Source: Macrostomum lignano (taxonomy: Eukaryota). Taken from it: a DNA stretch of 64,000 nucleotides. The notes beneath the pieces were generated by a model that was not told the origin of the DNA, searched no databases, and saw only the letters and a list, made by a program, of their open reading frames with translations. A program made the translations under genes and the position numbers. Within the stretch, counting starts at the first letter, position 1. The number at the start of each line of letters is the position of its first letter. Where the stretch lies: positions 18,614 through 82,613 of the forward strand of contig NIVC01003689.1 in assembly GCA_002269645.1 (NCBI GenBank), given 5' to 3'. This document shows, piece by piece, positions 1 to 13,674 of the stretch.

Positions 1-1030
1 TTCTTGGAAATTACCCCCGTTCTTAGAAATCGCCCTTACCCATTTCTTGGAAATCACCCCAGTTCTTGGAAAGTACCCCAGTTCTTAGAAATCGCCCTTA
101 CCCATTTCTTGGAAATCACCCCATTTCTTGGAAATCACCCCAGTTCTTGGAAATCACCCCAGTTCTTAGAAATCGCCCTTACCCATTTCTTGGAAATCAC
201 CCCATTTCTTGGAAATCACCCCATTTCTTGGAAATCACCCCAGTTCTTAGAAATCGCCCTTACCCATTTCTTGAAAATCACCCCAGTTCTTAGAAATTAC
301 CCCAGTTCTTAGAAATCGCCCTTACCCATTTCTTGGAAATCACCCCAGTTCTTAGAAATTACCCCAGTTCTTAGAAATCGCCCTTACCCATTTCTTGGAA
401 ATCACCCCAGTTCTTAGAAATCGCCCTTACCAATTTCTTGGAAATCACCCCAGTTCTTGGAAATCACCCCAGTTCTTGGAAATCACCCCAGTTCTTGAAA
501 ATCACCCCAGTTCTTGGAAATCACCCCAGTTCTTGGAAATCACCCCAGTTCTTGGAAATCACCCCAGTTCTTGGAAATCACTCCAGTTCTTGGAAATCAC
601 CCCAGTTCTTGGAAATCACTCCAGTTCTTGGAAATCACCCCAGTTCTTGGAAATCACCCCAGTTCTTGGAAATCACCCCAGTTCTTGGAAATCACCCCAG
701 TTCTTGGAAATCACCCCAGTTCTTGGAAATCACCCCAGTTCTTGGAAATCACTCCAGTTCTTGGAAATCACCCCAGTTCTTGGAAATCACTCCAGTTCTT
801 GGAAATCACCCCAGTTCTTGGAAATCACCCCAGTTCTTGGAAATCACCCCAGTTCTTGGAAATCACCCCAGTTCTTGGAAATCACCCCAGTTCTTGGAAA
901 TCACCCCAGTTCTTGGAAATCACCCCAGTTCTTGGAAATCACCCCAGTTCTTGGAAATCACCCCAGTTCTTGGAAATCACCCCAGTTCTTGGAAATCACC
1001 CCAGTTCTTGGAAATCACCCCAGTTCTTAG
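1..1030. repeat. 19-bp minisatellite (TTCTTGGAAATCACCCCAG) with 24-bp variant units; probably intronic
   Basis: Direct periodicity; array ends 27 nt before the AG acceptor at 1056-1057; runs off the window start. Confidence 0.95.
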
Positions 1031-1057
1031 AATTCGCCTCCCCATTGTCACTCGCAG

Positions 1058-1550
1058 AAGCTGCCCACTGGCAGGCGAGCTGCTCTGCTTGCTGCAGCGT
1101 CACTGCGACGCCGTTTCGCAGGCTCTGGCCGACTGCGCCCAATCAGCTCTCGGTAGCTCAGCTCGGCTGCTCGCCCCAGTCGGCCGTTTGCACATTCTTC
1201 CCAGGCCTGGCCTGTCTGTTCAATTCGACATTGCCGATCGGCTGCCGTCGCTGCCTTGCGTACTGTTGCTAGGCAACGCCGTGTTCAACACCGGAGCCGA
1301 AGCTACAGCGGCGCCGTTGGTTCGACTCCGGGGCAGGTGCTCAGTGCGAGAGGTTTGGCTGAACAACGTGCGCCAGATGCCGCTGAGTCAGGCCGGCTGT
1401 TTCATTTGCACCTGCGCCCCGCTCCGTGTCGGCTCCAACACTGTCGGCTTGGTGCCCAGCGGGTCGTTTCGGCTGCCAGCCGACGGCAGATTCCGGCTAT
1501 TGGTTAGAGCGTACGAAGTGAAAGTGTTGGCCGAGAGTGGGGCTGCTTAG
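1058..1550 (+). CDS. Terminal exon of an unidentified gene that starts upstream of the window (~164 aa, beta-strand-rich C-terminal domain)
   Basis: GC-rich non-repetitive open frame (..GELLCLLQRHC..VREVWLNNVRQ..LRVGSNTVGLVP..ESGAA*) after acceptor CTCGCAG (NAGNAG alternative at 1060), TAG at 1548-1550; no family recognised. Confidence 0.65.
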
Positions 1551-1590
1551 ATCTTTATTGATAATTATTATTATCAGTTAATAAGGAGGC

Positions 1591-4500
1591 AGACAGACAG
1601 ACACACAGACACACATAGAACATGTCTATGACACACAGACACACATAGAACATGGCTATGACACACAGACACACATAGAACATGTCTATGACACACAGAC
1701 ACACAGAGAACATGTCTATGACACACAGACACACATAGAACATGGCTATGACACACAGACACACATAGAACATGGCTATGACACACAGACACACATAGAA
1801 CATGGCTATGACACACAGACACACATATAACATGGCTATGACACACAGACACACATATAACATGTCTATGACACACAGACACACATAGAACATGTCTATG
1901 ACACACAGACACACATAGAACATGTCTTTGACACACAGACACACATATAACATGTCTATGACACACAGACACACATAGAACATGTCTATGACACACAGAC
2001 ACACATAGAACATGTCTATGACACACAGACACACATAGAACATGGCTATGACACACAGACACACATATAACATGGCTATGACACACAGACACACATAGAA
2101 CATGTCTATGACACACAGACACACATAGAACATGGCTATGACACACAGACACACATAGAACATGGCTATGACACACAGACACACATATAACATGGCTATG
2201 ACACACAGACACACATAGAACATGTCTATGACACACAGACACACATATAACATGTCTATGACACACAGACACACATAGAACATGTCTATGACACACAGAC
2301 ACACATAGAACATGTCTATGACACACAGACACACATATAACATGTCTATGACACACAGACACACATAGAACATGGCTATGACACACAGACACACATAGAA
2401 CATGTCTATGACACACAGACACACATAGAACATGGCTATGACACACAGACACACATAGAACATGTCTATGACACACAGACACACATATAACATGTCTATG
2501 ACACACAGACACACATAGAACATGTCTATGACACACAGACACACAGAGAACATGTCTATGACACACAGACACACATAGAACATGTCTATGACACACAGAC
2601 ACACATATAACATGTCTATGACACACAGACACACATAGAACATGGCTATGACACACAGACACACATAGAACATGTCTATGACACACAGACACACATAGAA
2701 CATGTCTATGACACACAGACACACATAGAACATGTCTATGACACACAGACACACATAGAACATGTCTATGACACACAGACACACATAGAACATGTCTATG
2801 ACACACAGACACACATAGAACATGTCTTTGACACACAGACACACATAGAACATGTCTATGACACACAGACACACATAGAACATGGCTATGACACACAGAC
2901 ACACATGGAACATGTCTATGACACACAGACACACATAGAACATGTCTTTGACACACAGACACACATAGAACATGGCTATGACACACAGACACACATAGAA
3001 CATGGCTATGACACACAGACACACATAGAAAATGTCTATGACACACAGACACACATAGAACATGTCTATGACACACAGACACACATAGAACATGTCTATG
3101 ACACACAGACACACATAGAACATGTCTATGACACACAGACACACATAGAACATGTCTATGGACACACAGACACACATAGAACATGTCTATGACACACAGA
3201 CACACATAGAAAATGTCTATGACACACAGACACACATAGAAAATGTCTATGACACACAGACACACATAGAACATGGCTATGACACACAGACACACATAGA
3301 ACATGTCTATGACACACAGACACACATAGAACATGTCTATGACACACAGACACACATAGAACATGTCTATGACACACAGACACACATAGAACATGTCTTT
3401 GACACACAGACACACATAGAACATGTCTATGACACACAGACACACATAGAACATGGCTATGACACACAGACACACATGGAACATGTCTATGACACACAGG
3501 CACACATAGAACATGTCTTTGACACACAGACACACATAGAACATGGCTATGACACACAGACACACATAGAACATGGCTATGACACACAGACACACATAGA
3601 ACATGGCTATGACACACAGACACACATAGAACATGGCTATGACACACAGACACACATAGAACATGGCTATGACACACAGACACACATAGAACATGGCTAT
3701 GACACACAGACACACATAGAAAATGTCTATGACACACAGACACACATAGAACATGTCTATGACACACAGACACACATAGAACATGGCTATGACACACAGA
3801 CACACATATAACATGTCTATGACACACAGACACACATAGAACATGTCTATGACACACAGACACACATAGAACATGTCTTTGACACACAGACACACATAGA
3901 ACATGTCTATGACACACAGACACACATAGAACATGGCTATGACACACAGACACACATGGAACATGTCTATGACACACAGGCACACATAGAACATGTCTTT
4001 GACACACAGACACACATAGAACATGGCTATGACACACAGACACACATAGAACATGGCTATGACACACAGACACACATAGAACATGGCTATGACACACAGA
4101 CACACATAGAACATGGCTATGACACACAGACACACATAGAACATGGCTATGACACACAGACACACATAGAACATGGCTATGACACACAGACACACATAGA
4201 AATGTCTATGACACACAGACACACATAGAACATGTCTATGACACACAGACACACATAGAACATGTCTATGACACACAGACACACATAGAACATGTCTATG
4301 ACACACAGACACACATATAACATGGCTATGACACACAGACACACATATAACATGTCTATGACACACAGACACACATAGAACATGTCTATGACACACAGAC
4401 ACACATAGAACATGTCTATGACACACAGACACACATATAACATGTCTATGACACACAGACACACATAGAACATGTCTATGACACACAGACACACATAGAA

Positions 4501-6772
4501 CATGTCTATGACACACAGACACACATAGAACATGTCTATGACACACAGACACACAGAGAACATGTCTATGACACACAGACACACATAGAACATGGCTATG
4601 ACACACAGACACACATAGAACATGGCTATGACACACAGACACACATAGAACATGTCTATGACACACAGACACACATATAACATGGCTATGACACACAGAC
4701 ACACATAGAACATGTCTATGACACACAGACACACATATAACATGTCTATGACACACAGACACACATAGAACATGTCTATGACACACAGACACACATAGAA
4801 CATGTCTATGACACACAGACACACATAGAACATGTCTATGACACACAGACACACATAGAACATGTCTATGACACACAGACACACATAGAACATGTCTATG
4901 ACACACAGACACACATAGAACATGGCTATGACACACAGACACACATAGAACATGTCTATGACACACAGACACACATATAACATGTCTATGACACACAGAC
5001 ACACATAGAACATGTCTATGACACACAGACACACAGAGAACATGTCTATGACACACAGACACACATAGAACATGTCTATGACACACAGACACACATAGAA
5101 CATGTCTATGACACACAGACACACATAGAACATGTCTATGACACACAGACACACATAGAACATGTCTATGACACACAGACACACATAGAACATGTCTATG
5201 ACACACAGACACACATAGAACATGTCTATGACACACAGACACACATAGAACATGTCTATGACACACAGACACACATAGAACATGTCTATGACACACAGAC
5301 ACACATAGAACATGTCTATGACACACAGACACACATAGAAATGTCTATGACACACAGACACACATAGAACATGTCTATGACACACAGACACACATAGAAC
5401 ATGTCTATGACACACAGACACACATAGAACATGTCTATGACACACAGACACACATAGAACATGTCTTGACACACAGACACACATAGAACATGTCTATGAC
5501 ACACAGACACACATAGAACATGGCTATGACACACAGACACACATAGAACATGTCTATGACACACAGACACACATAGAACATGTCTATGACACACAGACAC
5601 ACATAGAACATGGCTATGACACACAGACACACATAGAACATGGCTATGACACACAGACACACATAGAACATGGCTATGACACACAGACACACATAGAACA
5701 TGGCTATGACACACAGACACACATAGAACATGGCTATGACACACAGACACACATAGAACATGGCTATGACACACAGACACACATAGAAATGTCTATGACA
5801 CACAGACACACATAGAACATGTCTATGACACACAGACACACATAGAACATGTCTATGACACACAGACACACATAGAACATGTCTATGACACACAGACACA
5901 CATAGAACATGTCTATGACACACAGACACACATAGAACATGTCTATGACACACAGACACACATAGAACATGGCTATGACACACAGACACACATATAACAT
6001 GGCTATGACACACAGACACACAAAGAACATGGCTATGACACACAGACACACATAGAACATGGCTATGACACACAGACACACATAGAACATGGCTATGACA
6101 CACAGACACACATAGAACATGTCTATGACACACAGACACACATAGAACATGTCTATGACACACAGACACACATAGAACATGTCTATGACACACAGACACA
6201 CATAGAACATGTCTATGACACACAGACACACATAGAACATGTCTATGACACACAGACACACATAGAACATGTCTATGACACACAGACACACATAGAAATG
6301 TCTATGACACACAGACACACATAGAACATGTCTATGACACACAGACACACATAGAACATGTCTATGACACACAGACACACATAGAACATGGCTATGACAC
6401 ACAGACACACATATAACATGGCTATGACACACAGACACACAAAGAACATGGCTATGACACACAGACACACATAGAACATGGCTATGACACACAGACACAC
6501 ATAGAACATGGCTATGGACACACAGACACACATAGAACATGTCTATGACACACAGACACACATAGAACATGTCTATGACACACAGACACACATAGAACAT
6601 GTCTATGACACACAGACACACATAGAACATGTCTATGACACACAGACACACATAGAAAATGTCTATGACACACAGACACACATAGAACATGGCTATGACA
6701 CACAGACACACATAGAACATGGCTATGGACACACAGACACACATAGAACATGGCTATGACACACAGACACAT
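1591..6772. repeat. 30-bp minisatellite (ACACACAGACACACATAGAACATGTCTATG), ~170 copies
   Basis: Direct periodicity; begins ~40 nt after the stop codon at 1550. Confidence 0.98.
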
Positions 6773-7545
6773 TAAAATATGCATTCACTACGGCAGACAC
6801 TATAAGACAGACAGGCCACCACAGCCATTCATAAATCTGTCTCTGACTAATCATCATTACTTACTTAGAGATTTTTTACCTATTCGGATGGAAATAGCTT
6901 GGTAAAAAATTGTAATAATGCCAATAAAGGGTGAAAACAATTGATAGAAAATCCGCGCATTACTACTGTTAATTCAGTCGAGTTGTATATATAGCTTATA
7001 GTAGTGCACAGTTTCTTTTTTAGCGTTTTTATTTACCAACGTTTAAATTTTAACCTTTAATTATAAGTAGTAAAATTGATTTATGATTTTTATAACAAAA
7101 AATGCGAACTAGATTCGATCGAAGCTTCCTGAGGCACAGACACCACTCGTAGCCAAAATGCTGTTATGAATCGCACCCTTCTGATTTTACATTTTTCTTG
7201 ACTTTTTCATTTATGCTAGCTGTTTGACCCCCTTTTTGGGCCATAGACAATGAACAGCAAGTCTTCAGTGGCTTGATTCACTCGCTACGTTGTGAAACAT
7301 TCTAACAATGTTTATGCTCATTATCAATCGCCAGGTTTACTGCGTATGCTGCTTGCAGTCATAATTGTATAGCATCGTACTTAACAATTAATATTAGTTA
7401 TTTGCTTTCGATACTACTGTTAGTGTGACCCTATAAAATTAAATGTTTTTTGTATCTAAAATTAAACGGGGCGATTTTTTGTCAGTTAAAGTACGAGCGT
7501 ACTTCGCGATCTTTATTTTTTCTTGTTGTATATTAATTTTATGTA

Positions 7546-8482
7546 GTCTTTGTAGAAATTTTGTTTATGTCTTTGTAGAAATCCAGATAAATGGCTTTTT
7601 AGAAATTCGGTAAAGGTCTTTGTAGAAACCCGGGAAAGGTCTTTGTAGAAATCCGGAAAAGGTATTTGTAGAAATCCGGAAAAGGTATTTGTAGAAATCC
7701 GGGAAAGGTCTTTGTAGAAATCCGGGAAAGGTCTTTGTAGAAATTCGGGAAAGGTCTTTGTAGAAATCCGGGAAAGGTCTTTGTAGAAATCCGGGAAAGG
7801 TCTTTGTAGAAATCCGGAAAGGTATTTGTAGAAATCCGGTAAAGGTCTTTGTTGAAATACGGGAAAGGTCTTTTTAGAAACCCGGTAAAGGTCTTTGTAG
7901 AAATCCAGATAAATGTCTTTGTAGAAATATGGGAAAGGTCTTTTTAGAAATCCGGTAAAGGTATTTGTAGAAATCCAGTAAAGGTCTTTGTAGAAATATG
8001 GGAAAGGTCTTTTTAGAAATCCGGTAAAGGTATTTGTAGAAATCCAGTAAAGGTCTTTGTAGAAATATTGGAAAGGTCTTTTTAGAAATCCGGTAAAGGT
8101 CTCTGTAGAAATCCGGTAAAGGTCTTTGTAGAAATACGGGAAAGGTCTTTTTAGAAATCCGGTAAAAGTCTCTGTAGAAATCCGGTAAAGGTCTTTGTAG
8201 AAATACGGGAAAGGTCTTTTTAGAAATCCGGTAAAAGTCTCTGTAGAAATACGGGAAAGGTCTTTTTGAAACCCGGTAAAGGTCTTTGTAGAAATCCAGA
8301 TAAATGTCTTTGTAGAAATCCAGTAAAGGTCTTTGTAGAAATATGGGAAAGGTCTTTTTAGAAATCCGGTAAAGGTATCTGTAGAAATCCGGTAAGGATC
8401 TTTGTCGAAATCCGGTAGGAGTCAGTGGAAATCTGTCATGGTTTTTTGTCGAAATCCGGTAAGGGTCTTTGTAGTAATCCGG
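7546..8482. repeat. 23-bp minisatellite (TTTGTAGAAATCCGGTAAAGGTC)
   Basis: Direct periodicity with substitutions; ends ~100 nt before the ATG at 8588. Confidence 0.95.
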
Positions 8483-8587
8483 AAGAACGTGTATAGGGAT
8501 CTATAGACTATTGACTATCAAATAAAGTAATTAGATTTCCAGTATGATTCATATTTAATTCCAATTTTCTGTCGTCGAAACTCACCA

Positions 8588-11500
8588 ATGCAGTCCGACG
8601 CCAGTCGCGAAGACTTGTTCCGAGCCCTATTCAGAGCCAAGTCTCTCCTAGTTGAATGCGACCAGCTTCATCGAGCCTATGCTAGACAGTGCCGCCTGGT
8701 CAGTTCGCTGGAAGCCGAACTGGCCAGAGCTAGAGAATCGGCTGATCGTTGCTCAGCATTGAAAGCTGCCCTGTCATTAACCGAAGCTAACCTGCAGCGA
8801 ACTCGGCACGAATTAGCGGAGGCTCGACTAGAATTGAGTCAGTTGAAGCAACCGCAACGTCGCGCGTCTAAACGAATAAGCAGCCGCGCCACCGATCCTG
8901 GGGTGTCAGCAGTTCAACCTAAGCGTCCTAGGCGTGTTGATTTGGACGCCACTTCTTCTAGCGATGAGGATAATGATGAGGATAAACCGCAACCTCAGGC
9001 GGAAGAATCCACCAGGCCTAAGAGCTCCAATCCTCACAGTGAAGCTCAAATACATGTACAAGAGCCTCTGTGCTCCTCCAATCAATCCGTTGTGATTGTT
9101 TCCGATGAAACAGCAAAGACTGCTGCTAATAGAAAGTTGTCTATAGAGCAGTGCCTGTCTTCTGTTAATCAGCGTCCAAGAAGAACGCTTCAAATGTACG
9201 ACAAAGATTGCAGCCGTAGAAATAAACATCAGCGCTACAGACAGAGTCTTTCAGCTAGTTGCGGTGCTGACTTCTCTAAGTCTAAAACATCCCAGTCTCC
9301 AAAAACTGGCGTTATTCGGCGAAGGCATTCCCACCGGGTAGATCTGGATGCTACATCCAGCGAAGAGGAAGGCAATGGAAGCGGCGCTGCTAAAAGCAAA
9401 AGACGGCGTCCATTAGAGCCTCCTTTGCCGATCAAGTCGTTTGCCTATAACACGAGGTCCAATGCGAAACTTTCGTCTGGCATTATTGAAATAAGTGCAG
9501 AATGTCGAGATGAAGCATCGTCTGATGTCACTATTGTCCTGCAGGATGAGGATGCAAATGGCACTGCAACAGATAAGCCTATTGTTGTGCAGAATGCAGA
9601 TGGCACTGCAACAGATAAGCCTATTGTTGTGCAGAATGCAGATGGCACTGCAACAGATAAGCCTATTGTTGTGCAGAATGCAGATGGCACTGCAACAGAT
9701 GAGCCCATTGTGCAGAATGCAGATGGCACTGCAACAGATGAGCCCATTGTGCAGAATGCAGATGGCACTGCAACAGATGAGCCCATTGTGCAGAATGCAG
9801 ATGGCACTGCAACAGATGAGCCCATTGTGCAGAATGCAGATGGCACTGTAACAGATAAGCGCATTGTGCAGAATGCAGATGGCACTGCAACAGATAAGCG
9901 CATTGTGCAGGATGCAGAAGGCACTGCAACAGATGAGTCCATTGTGCAGGATGCAGATGGCACTGCAACAGACGAGCCCATTGTGCAGGATGCAGATGGC
10001 ACTGCAACAGATGAGCCCATTGTGCAGGATGCGGATGGCAATGCAACAGACGAGCCCATTGTGCAGGATGCAGATGGCACTGCAACAGATGAGCCCATTG
10101 TGCAGGATGCAGATGGCACTGCAACAGATCAACCCATTGTGCAGGATGCAGATGGCACTGCAACAGATGAGCCCATTGTGCAGGATGCAGATGGCACTGC
10201 AACAGATCAACCCATTGTGCAGGATGCAGATGGCACTGCAACAGATCAACCCATTGTTTTGCAGAATGCAGATGGCACTGCAACAGATGACCCTATTGTT
10301 TTGCAGGATGCACATGGCACTGCAACAGATGAGCCTATTGTGCAGGATGCAGATGGCACCACGACAGATGAGCCCATTGTTGAGCAGAATGAGGATTCAG
10401 ATAGTGTTACATCAGACGAGGAATCATCTGTTTTACATGTTGCTGTAGAAGATTCTAAGGAATCTGCTGTTATGGAAGAAGCTAAGGAACCATCTGATTC
10501 GTTTGTTGGCCCAGTGGAAGAAGCTAAGGAACCATCTGATTCGTTTGTTGGCCCAGTGGAAGAAGCTAAGGAACCATCTGATTCGTTTGTTGGCCCAGTG
10601 GAAGAAGCTAAGGAACCATCTGATTCGTTTGTAGGCCCAGTGGAAGAAGCTAAGGAACCATCTGATTCGTTTGTTGTCGCAGTGGAAGAAGCTAAGGAAC
10701 CATCTGATTCGTTTGTTGTCGCAGTGGAAGAAGCTAAGAAATCATCTGATTCGTTTGTTGTCGCAGTGGAAGAAGCTAAGAAATCATCTGATTCGTTTGT
10801 TGTCGCAGTGGAAGAAGCTAAGAAATCATCTGATTCGTTTGTTGTCGCAGTGGAAGAAGCTAAGAAATCATCTGATTCGTTTGTTGTCGCAGTGGAAGAA
10901 GCTAAGGAACCATCTGTTAATGATGCAATGGAAGACTCAAATGAATCGTTTAGTGTGACGGTTGTGGAAGATTCACTGCACAATGAGAATAGAAAATTCA
11001 TTGAACCTTCTATTAGCGAAGATTTCACATCTGAAAAAGATGTCACACTTCAAAATGCTAACAATACTACTGAGCTAAAAGTTGAACATGCGAAGAAAAT
11101 TGATCCAGCAGAAGATCCTGTCGAATCGAGACTTTCCATAGCAGAAGTAGCAACAGATTCGACTCAAACGGTTGTAGAAAGACAAGAAAGTGTAGTCCGA
11201 GTCAAAACAACTGCATCAGCTTCATCGAGTGCCGCTTCTAGCGATCCTCATCATCATCGAATTGCCAATTGTTCCACAACAAATAGCGAAGACTTCGACA
11301 ATGCTTCGTGCAATCTGGCAATTGCCGATTTTAACGAAGACGACGAATTTGACAAAGCCTCGGTGGCAAGTTCAATTAATAATCGACAGGTTTTGCCGTC
11401 GCTCTTGTCGCCGATCAGATCGCCCGACTCCGAGACGGTCGACCAGCCTGCGGCGCCCAGCGGCGAATCCGCCAGCCGATTGAAACGGCGCTCTTTTCCT

Positions 11501-12112
11501 GTCGACGATTTTGTTCGCGATTTGAATACTTCGTCCGCGTTTCGAGCGGTTGCTAGCGCAATACCGGACGGTTGGCCTCTCGATCCAGTGATAGATTGGA
11601 CATTCTTTTTGTCCCACAGGATCGACATGCTCGAATCTTTACCAGCCGAACCGTTAAGCTATTTAGACCGGATTAATGCCGGGATAGCCGCTATTATTGA
11701 TAATAGAGACGATAATAACAGCGCCGATTGTTGCCTTGACGACGACGAATTAGATTATCTGCTTCAGCCGGGTTCAATTGCCGAACTGTGCCGCGGAGGC
11801 GGCGTTCAACCGCCTTGGATTGTCAGCCGGTTGATTCCATTTCTTGAGCGGCTGTTAGATAAAACAGCTGATCGAAACAAAGACTCTAGAATTGGTTCGT
11901 TGCGCCGTCGCTGCCTGGCCTGCCTAATGATTGTCGGGCCGCTGTCGCCTCAGGCGGCCGCCCGATCCGCCGTTCGCTGGATCAACGCCGACCAGCCGGG
12001 GCCTGGCGACGTTATTGTTGGCCAAGTGAAACGGTTTCTAAAAATGAGACCGGCCCTGTTGAAAACTCTGTTCGTTACTGAGAAATTTCCAGTTTGCCTT
12101 CTGGCTGCTTGA
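8588..12112 (+). CDS. Intronless 1174-aa protein: N-terminal coiled coil, basic/Ser-rich region, acidic tandem repeats, helical C-terminal domain
   Basis: Uninterrupted ORF with non-repetitive GC-rich N- and C-terminal thirds. Heptad pattern at aa ~10-90; duplicated RVDLDATSS motif; 13-aa (ADGTATDEPIVQD) and 14-aa (VEEAKEPSDSFVGP) repeats. Layout is loosely reminiscent of ICE1, but this is unverified. Confidence 0.8.
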   Translation: MQSDASREDLFRALFRAKSLLVECDQLHRAYARQCRLVSSLEAELARARESADRCSALKAALSLTEANLQRTRHELAEARLELSQLKQPQRRASKRISSRATDPGVSAVQPKRPRRVDLDATSSSDEDNDEDKPQPQAEESTRPKSSNPHSEAQIHVQEPLCSSNQSVVIVSDETAKTAANRKLSIEQCLSSVNQRPRRTLQMYDKDCSRRNKHQRYRQSLSASCGADFSKSKTSQSPKTGVIRRRHSHRVDLDATSSEEEGNGSGAAKSKRRRPLEPPLPIKSFAYNTRSNAKLSSGIIEISAECRDEASSDVTIVLQDEDANGTATDKPIVVQNADGTATDKPIVVQNADGTATDKPIVVQNADGTATDEPIVQNADGTATDEPIVQNADGTATDEPIVQNADGTATDEPIVQNADGTVTDKRIVQNADGTATDKRIVQDAEGTATDESIVQDADGTATDEPIVQDADGTATDEPIVQDADGNATDEPIVQDADGTATDEPIVQDADGTATDQPIVQDADGTATDEPIVQDADGTATDQPIVQDADGTATDQPIVLQNADGTATDDPIVLQDAHGTATDEPIVQDADGTTTDEPIVEQNEDSDSVTSDEESSVLHVAVEDSKESAVMEEAKEPSDSFVGPVEEAKEPSDSFVGPVEEAKEPSDSFVGPVEEAKEPSDSFVGPVEEAKEPSDSFVVAVEEAKEPSDSFVVAVEEAKKSSDSFVVAVEEAKKSSDSFVVAVEEAKKSSDSFVVAVEEAKKSSDSFVVAVEEAKEPSVNDAMEDSNESFSVTVVEDSLHNENRKFIEPSISEDFTSEKDVTLQNANNTTELKVEHAKKIDPAEDPVESRLSIAEVATDSTQTVVERQESVVRVKTTASASSSAASSDPHHHRIANCSTTNSEDFDNASCNLAIADFNEDDEFDKASVASSINNRQVLPSLLSPIRSPDSETVDQPAAPSGESASRLKRRSFPVDDFVRDLNTSSAFRAVASAIPDGWPLDPVIDWTFFLSHRIDMLESLPAEPLSYLDRINAGIAAIIDNRDDNNSADCCLDDDELDYLLQPGSIAELCRGGGVQPPWIVSRLIPFLERLLDKTADRNKDSRIGSLRRRCLACLMIVGPLSPQAAARSAVRWINADQPGPGDVIVGQVKRFLKMRPALLKTLFVTEKFPVCLLAA

Positions 12113-12204
12113 CGCATTTTTGCCACTACTACTAGTGCTACTAACTGATAATTATTTTACGCTTTTGTTATTTGCCCTGCTGTGGTTGGTTCTTTTGAAT
12201 GTGC

Positions 12205-13220
12205 TCTGGTTGTCTTTGTGTCTGTGTCCTGGTTGTCTTTGTGTCTGTGTGTTCTGGTTGTCTTTGTGTCTGTGTGTCCTGGTTGTCTTTGTGTCTGTGT
12301 GTCCTGGTTGTCTTTGTGTCTGTGTGTCCTGGTTGTCTTTGTGTCTGTGTGTCCTGGTTGTCTTTGTGTCTGTGTGTCCTGATAGTCTTTGTCTCTGTGT
12401 GTCCTGGTTGTCTTTTTGTCTGTGTGTCCTGGTTGTCTTTGTGTCTGTGTGTCCTGGTTGTCTTTGTGTCTGTGTGTCCTGGTTGTCTTTGTCTCTGTGT
12501 GTCCTGGTTGTCTTTGTGTCTGTGCGTCCTGGTTGTCTTTGTGTCTGTGTGTCCTGGTTGTCTTTTTGTCTGTGTGTCCTGGTTGTCTTTGTGTCTGTGT
12601 GTCCTGGTTGTCTTTGTGTCTGTGTGTCCTGATAGTCTTTGTCTCTGTGTGTCCTGGTTGTCTTTTTGTCTGTGTGTCCTGGTTGTCTTTGTGTCTGTGT
12701 GTCCTGGTTGTCTTTGTGTCTGTGTGTCCTGATAGTCTTTGTCTCTGTGTGTCCTGGTTGTCTTTTTGTCTGTGTGTCCTGGTTGTCTTTGTGTCTGTGT
12801 GTCCTGATAGTCTTTGTCTCTGTGTGTCCTGGTTGTCTTTTTGTCTGTGTGTCCTGGTTGTCTTTGTGTCTGTGTGTCCTGATAGTTTTTGTCTCTGTGT
12901 GTCCTGATAGTCTGTGTCTGTGTGTCCCCCCGATAGTCTTTGTGTCTCTGTATGTGTCCCCGATAGTCTTTGTGTCTCTGTATGTGTCCCCGATAGTCTT
13001 TGTGTCTCTGTATGTGTACCGGATAGTCTTTTGGTCTCTGTATGTGTCCCCGATAGTCTTTGTGTCTCTGTATGTGTCCCCGATAGTCTTTGTGTCTCTG
13101 TATGTGTCCCCGATAGTCTTTGTGTCTCTGTATGTGTCCCCGATAGTCTTTTGGTCTCTGTATGTGTCCCCGATAGTCTTTGTGTCTCTGTATGTGTCCC
13201 CGATAGTCTTTGTGTCTCTG
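12205..13220. repeat. Two adjacent TG-rich minisatellites: 25-bp (GTGTCCTGGTTGTCTTTGTGTCTGT) to ~12910, then 30-bp (CCCGATAGTCTTTGTGTCTCTGTATGTGTC)
   Basis: Direct periodicity; starts ~90 nt after the stop at 12112. Confidence 0.95.
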
Positions 13221-13674
13221 TGTGTGTTCTGGTCTTTTTGTGTCCTTCTATCCTGATTTTCGTTGAGTCCTGACTGTCTCTATCCTGGTTGTGTATGTGT
13301 GTGTCCTAGTTGCGTTTCAGTTTGTGTACCAGCTGTTTCGGGTTGTCTTTGTTTTTTAGGTTTTCTTTATTTCTTCGACTTTAGTGTCTTTGTATCCTTT
13401 GTGTCTATTTCTACCTTATACTACCGGTACATGTCTGTTTGCCAGATGGTCAATCCATAGAAAACAAGACCGATCACGCCTTCATTCGACAATAAAGTTG
13501 TAAATATAAATATACTTCAATTTTTTATTTTTGCTAGGCTGTTCCGTTGGCAGGTGGTTATGTGCAGAAAAAACATGTACTCGATTTATTGTGCTTTAAG
13601 TGCTGTGCTGACTCATTCATTTGTTGAAAACAGCTGCTGCACTCTGGTGCGCAAGCGGTTGCAAACTGGGACAT

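Noticed and set aside
1555-6784. Very long ORFs (up to 1252 aa) rich in Cys/His/Val, resembling metal-binding repeat proteins
   Set aside because: Translations of a 30-bp array lacking stops in several frames; open on both strands, with frames switching at array indels. The same applies to repeat ORFs at 1-1030, 12.1-14.7, 18.1-19.0, 21.8-22.2, 26.2-27.3, 36.8-38.3, 52.7-55.4 and 60.5-62.6 kb.
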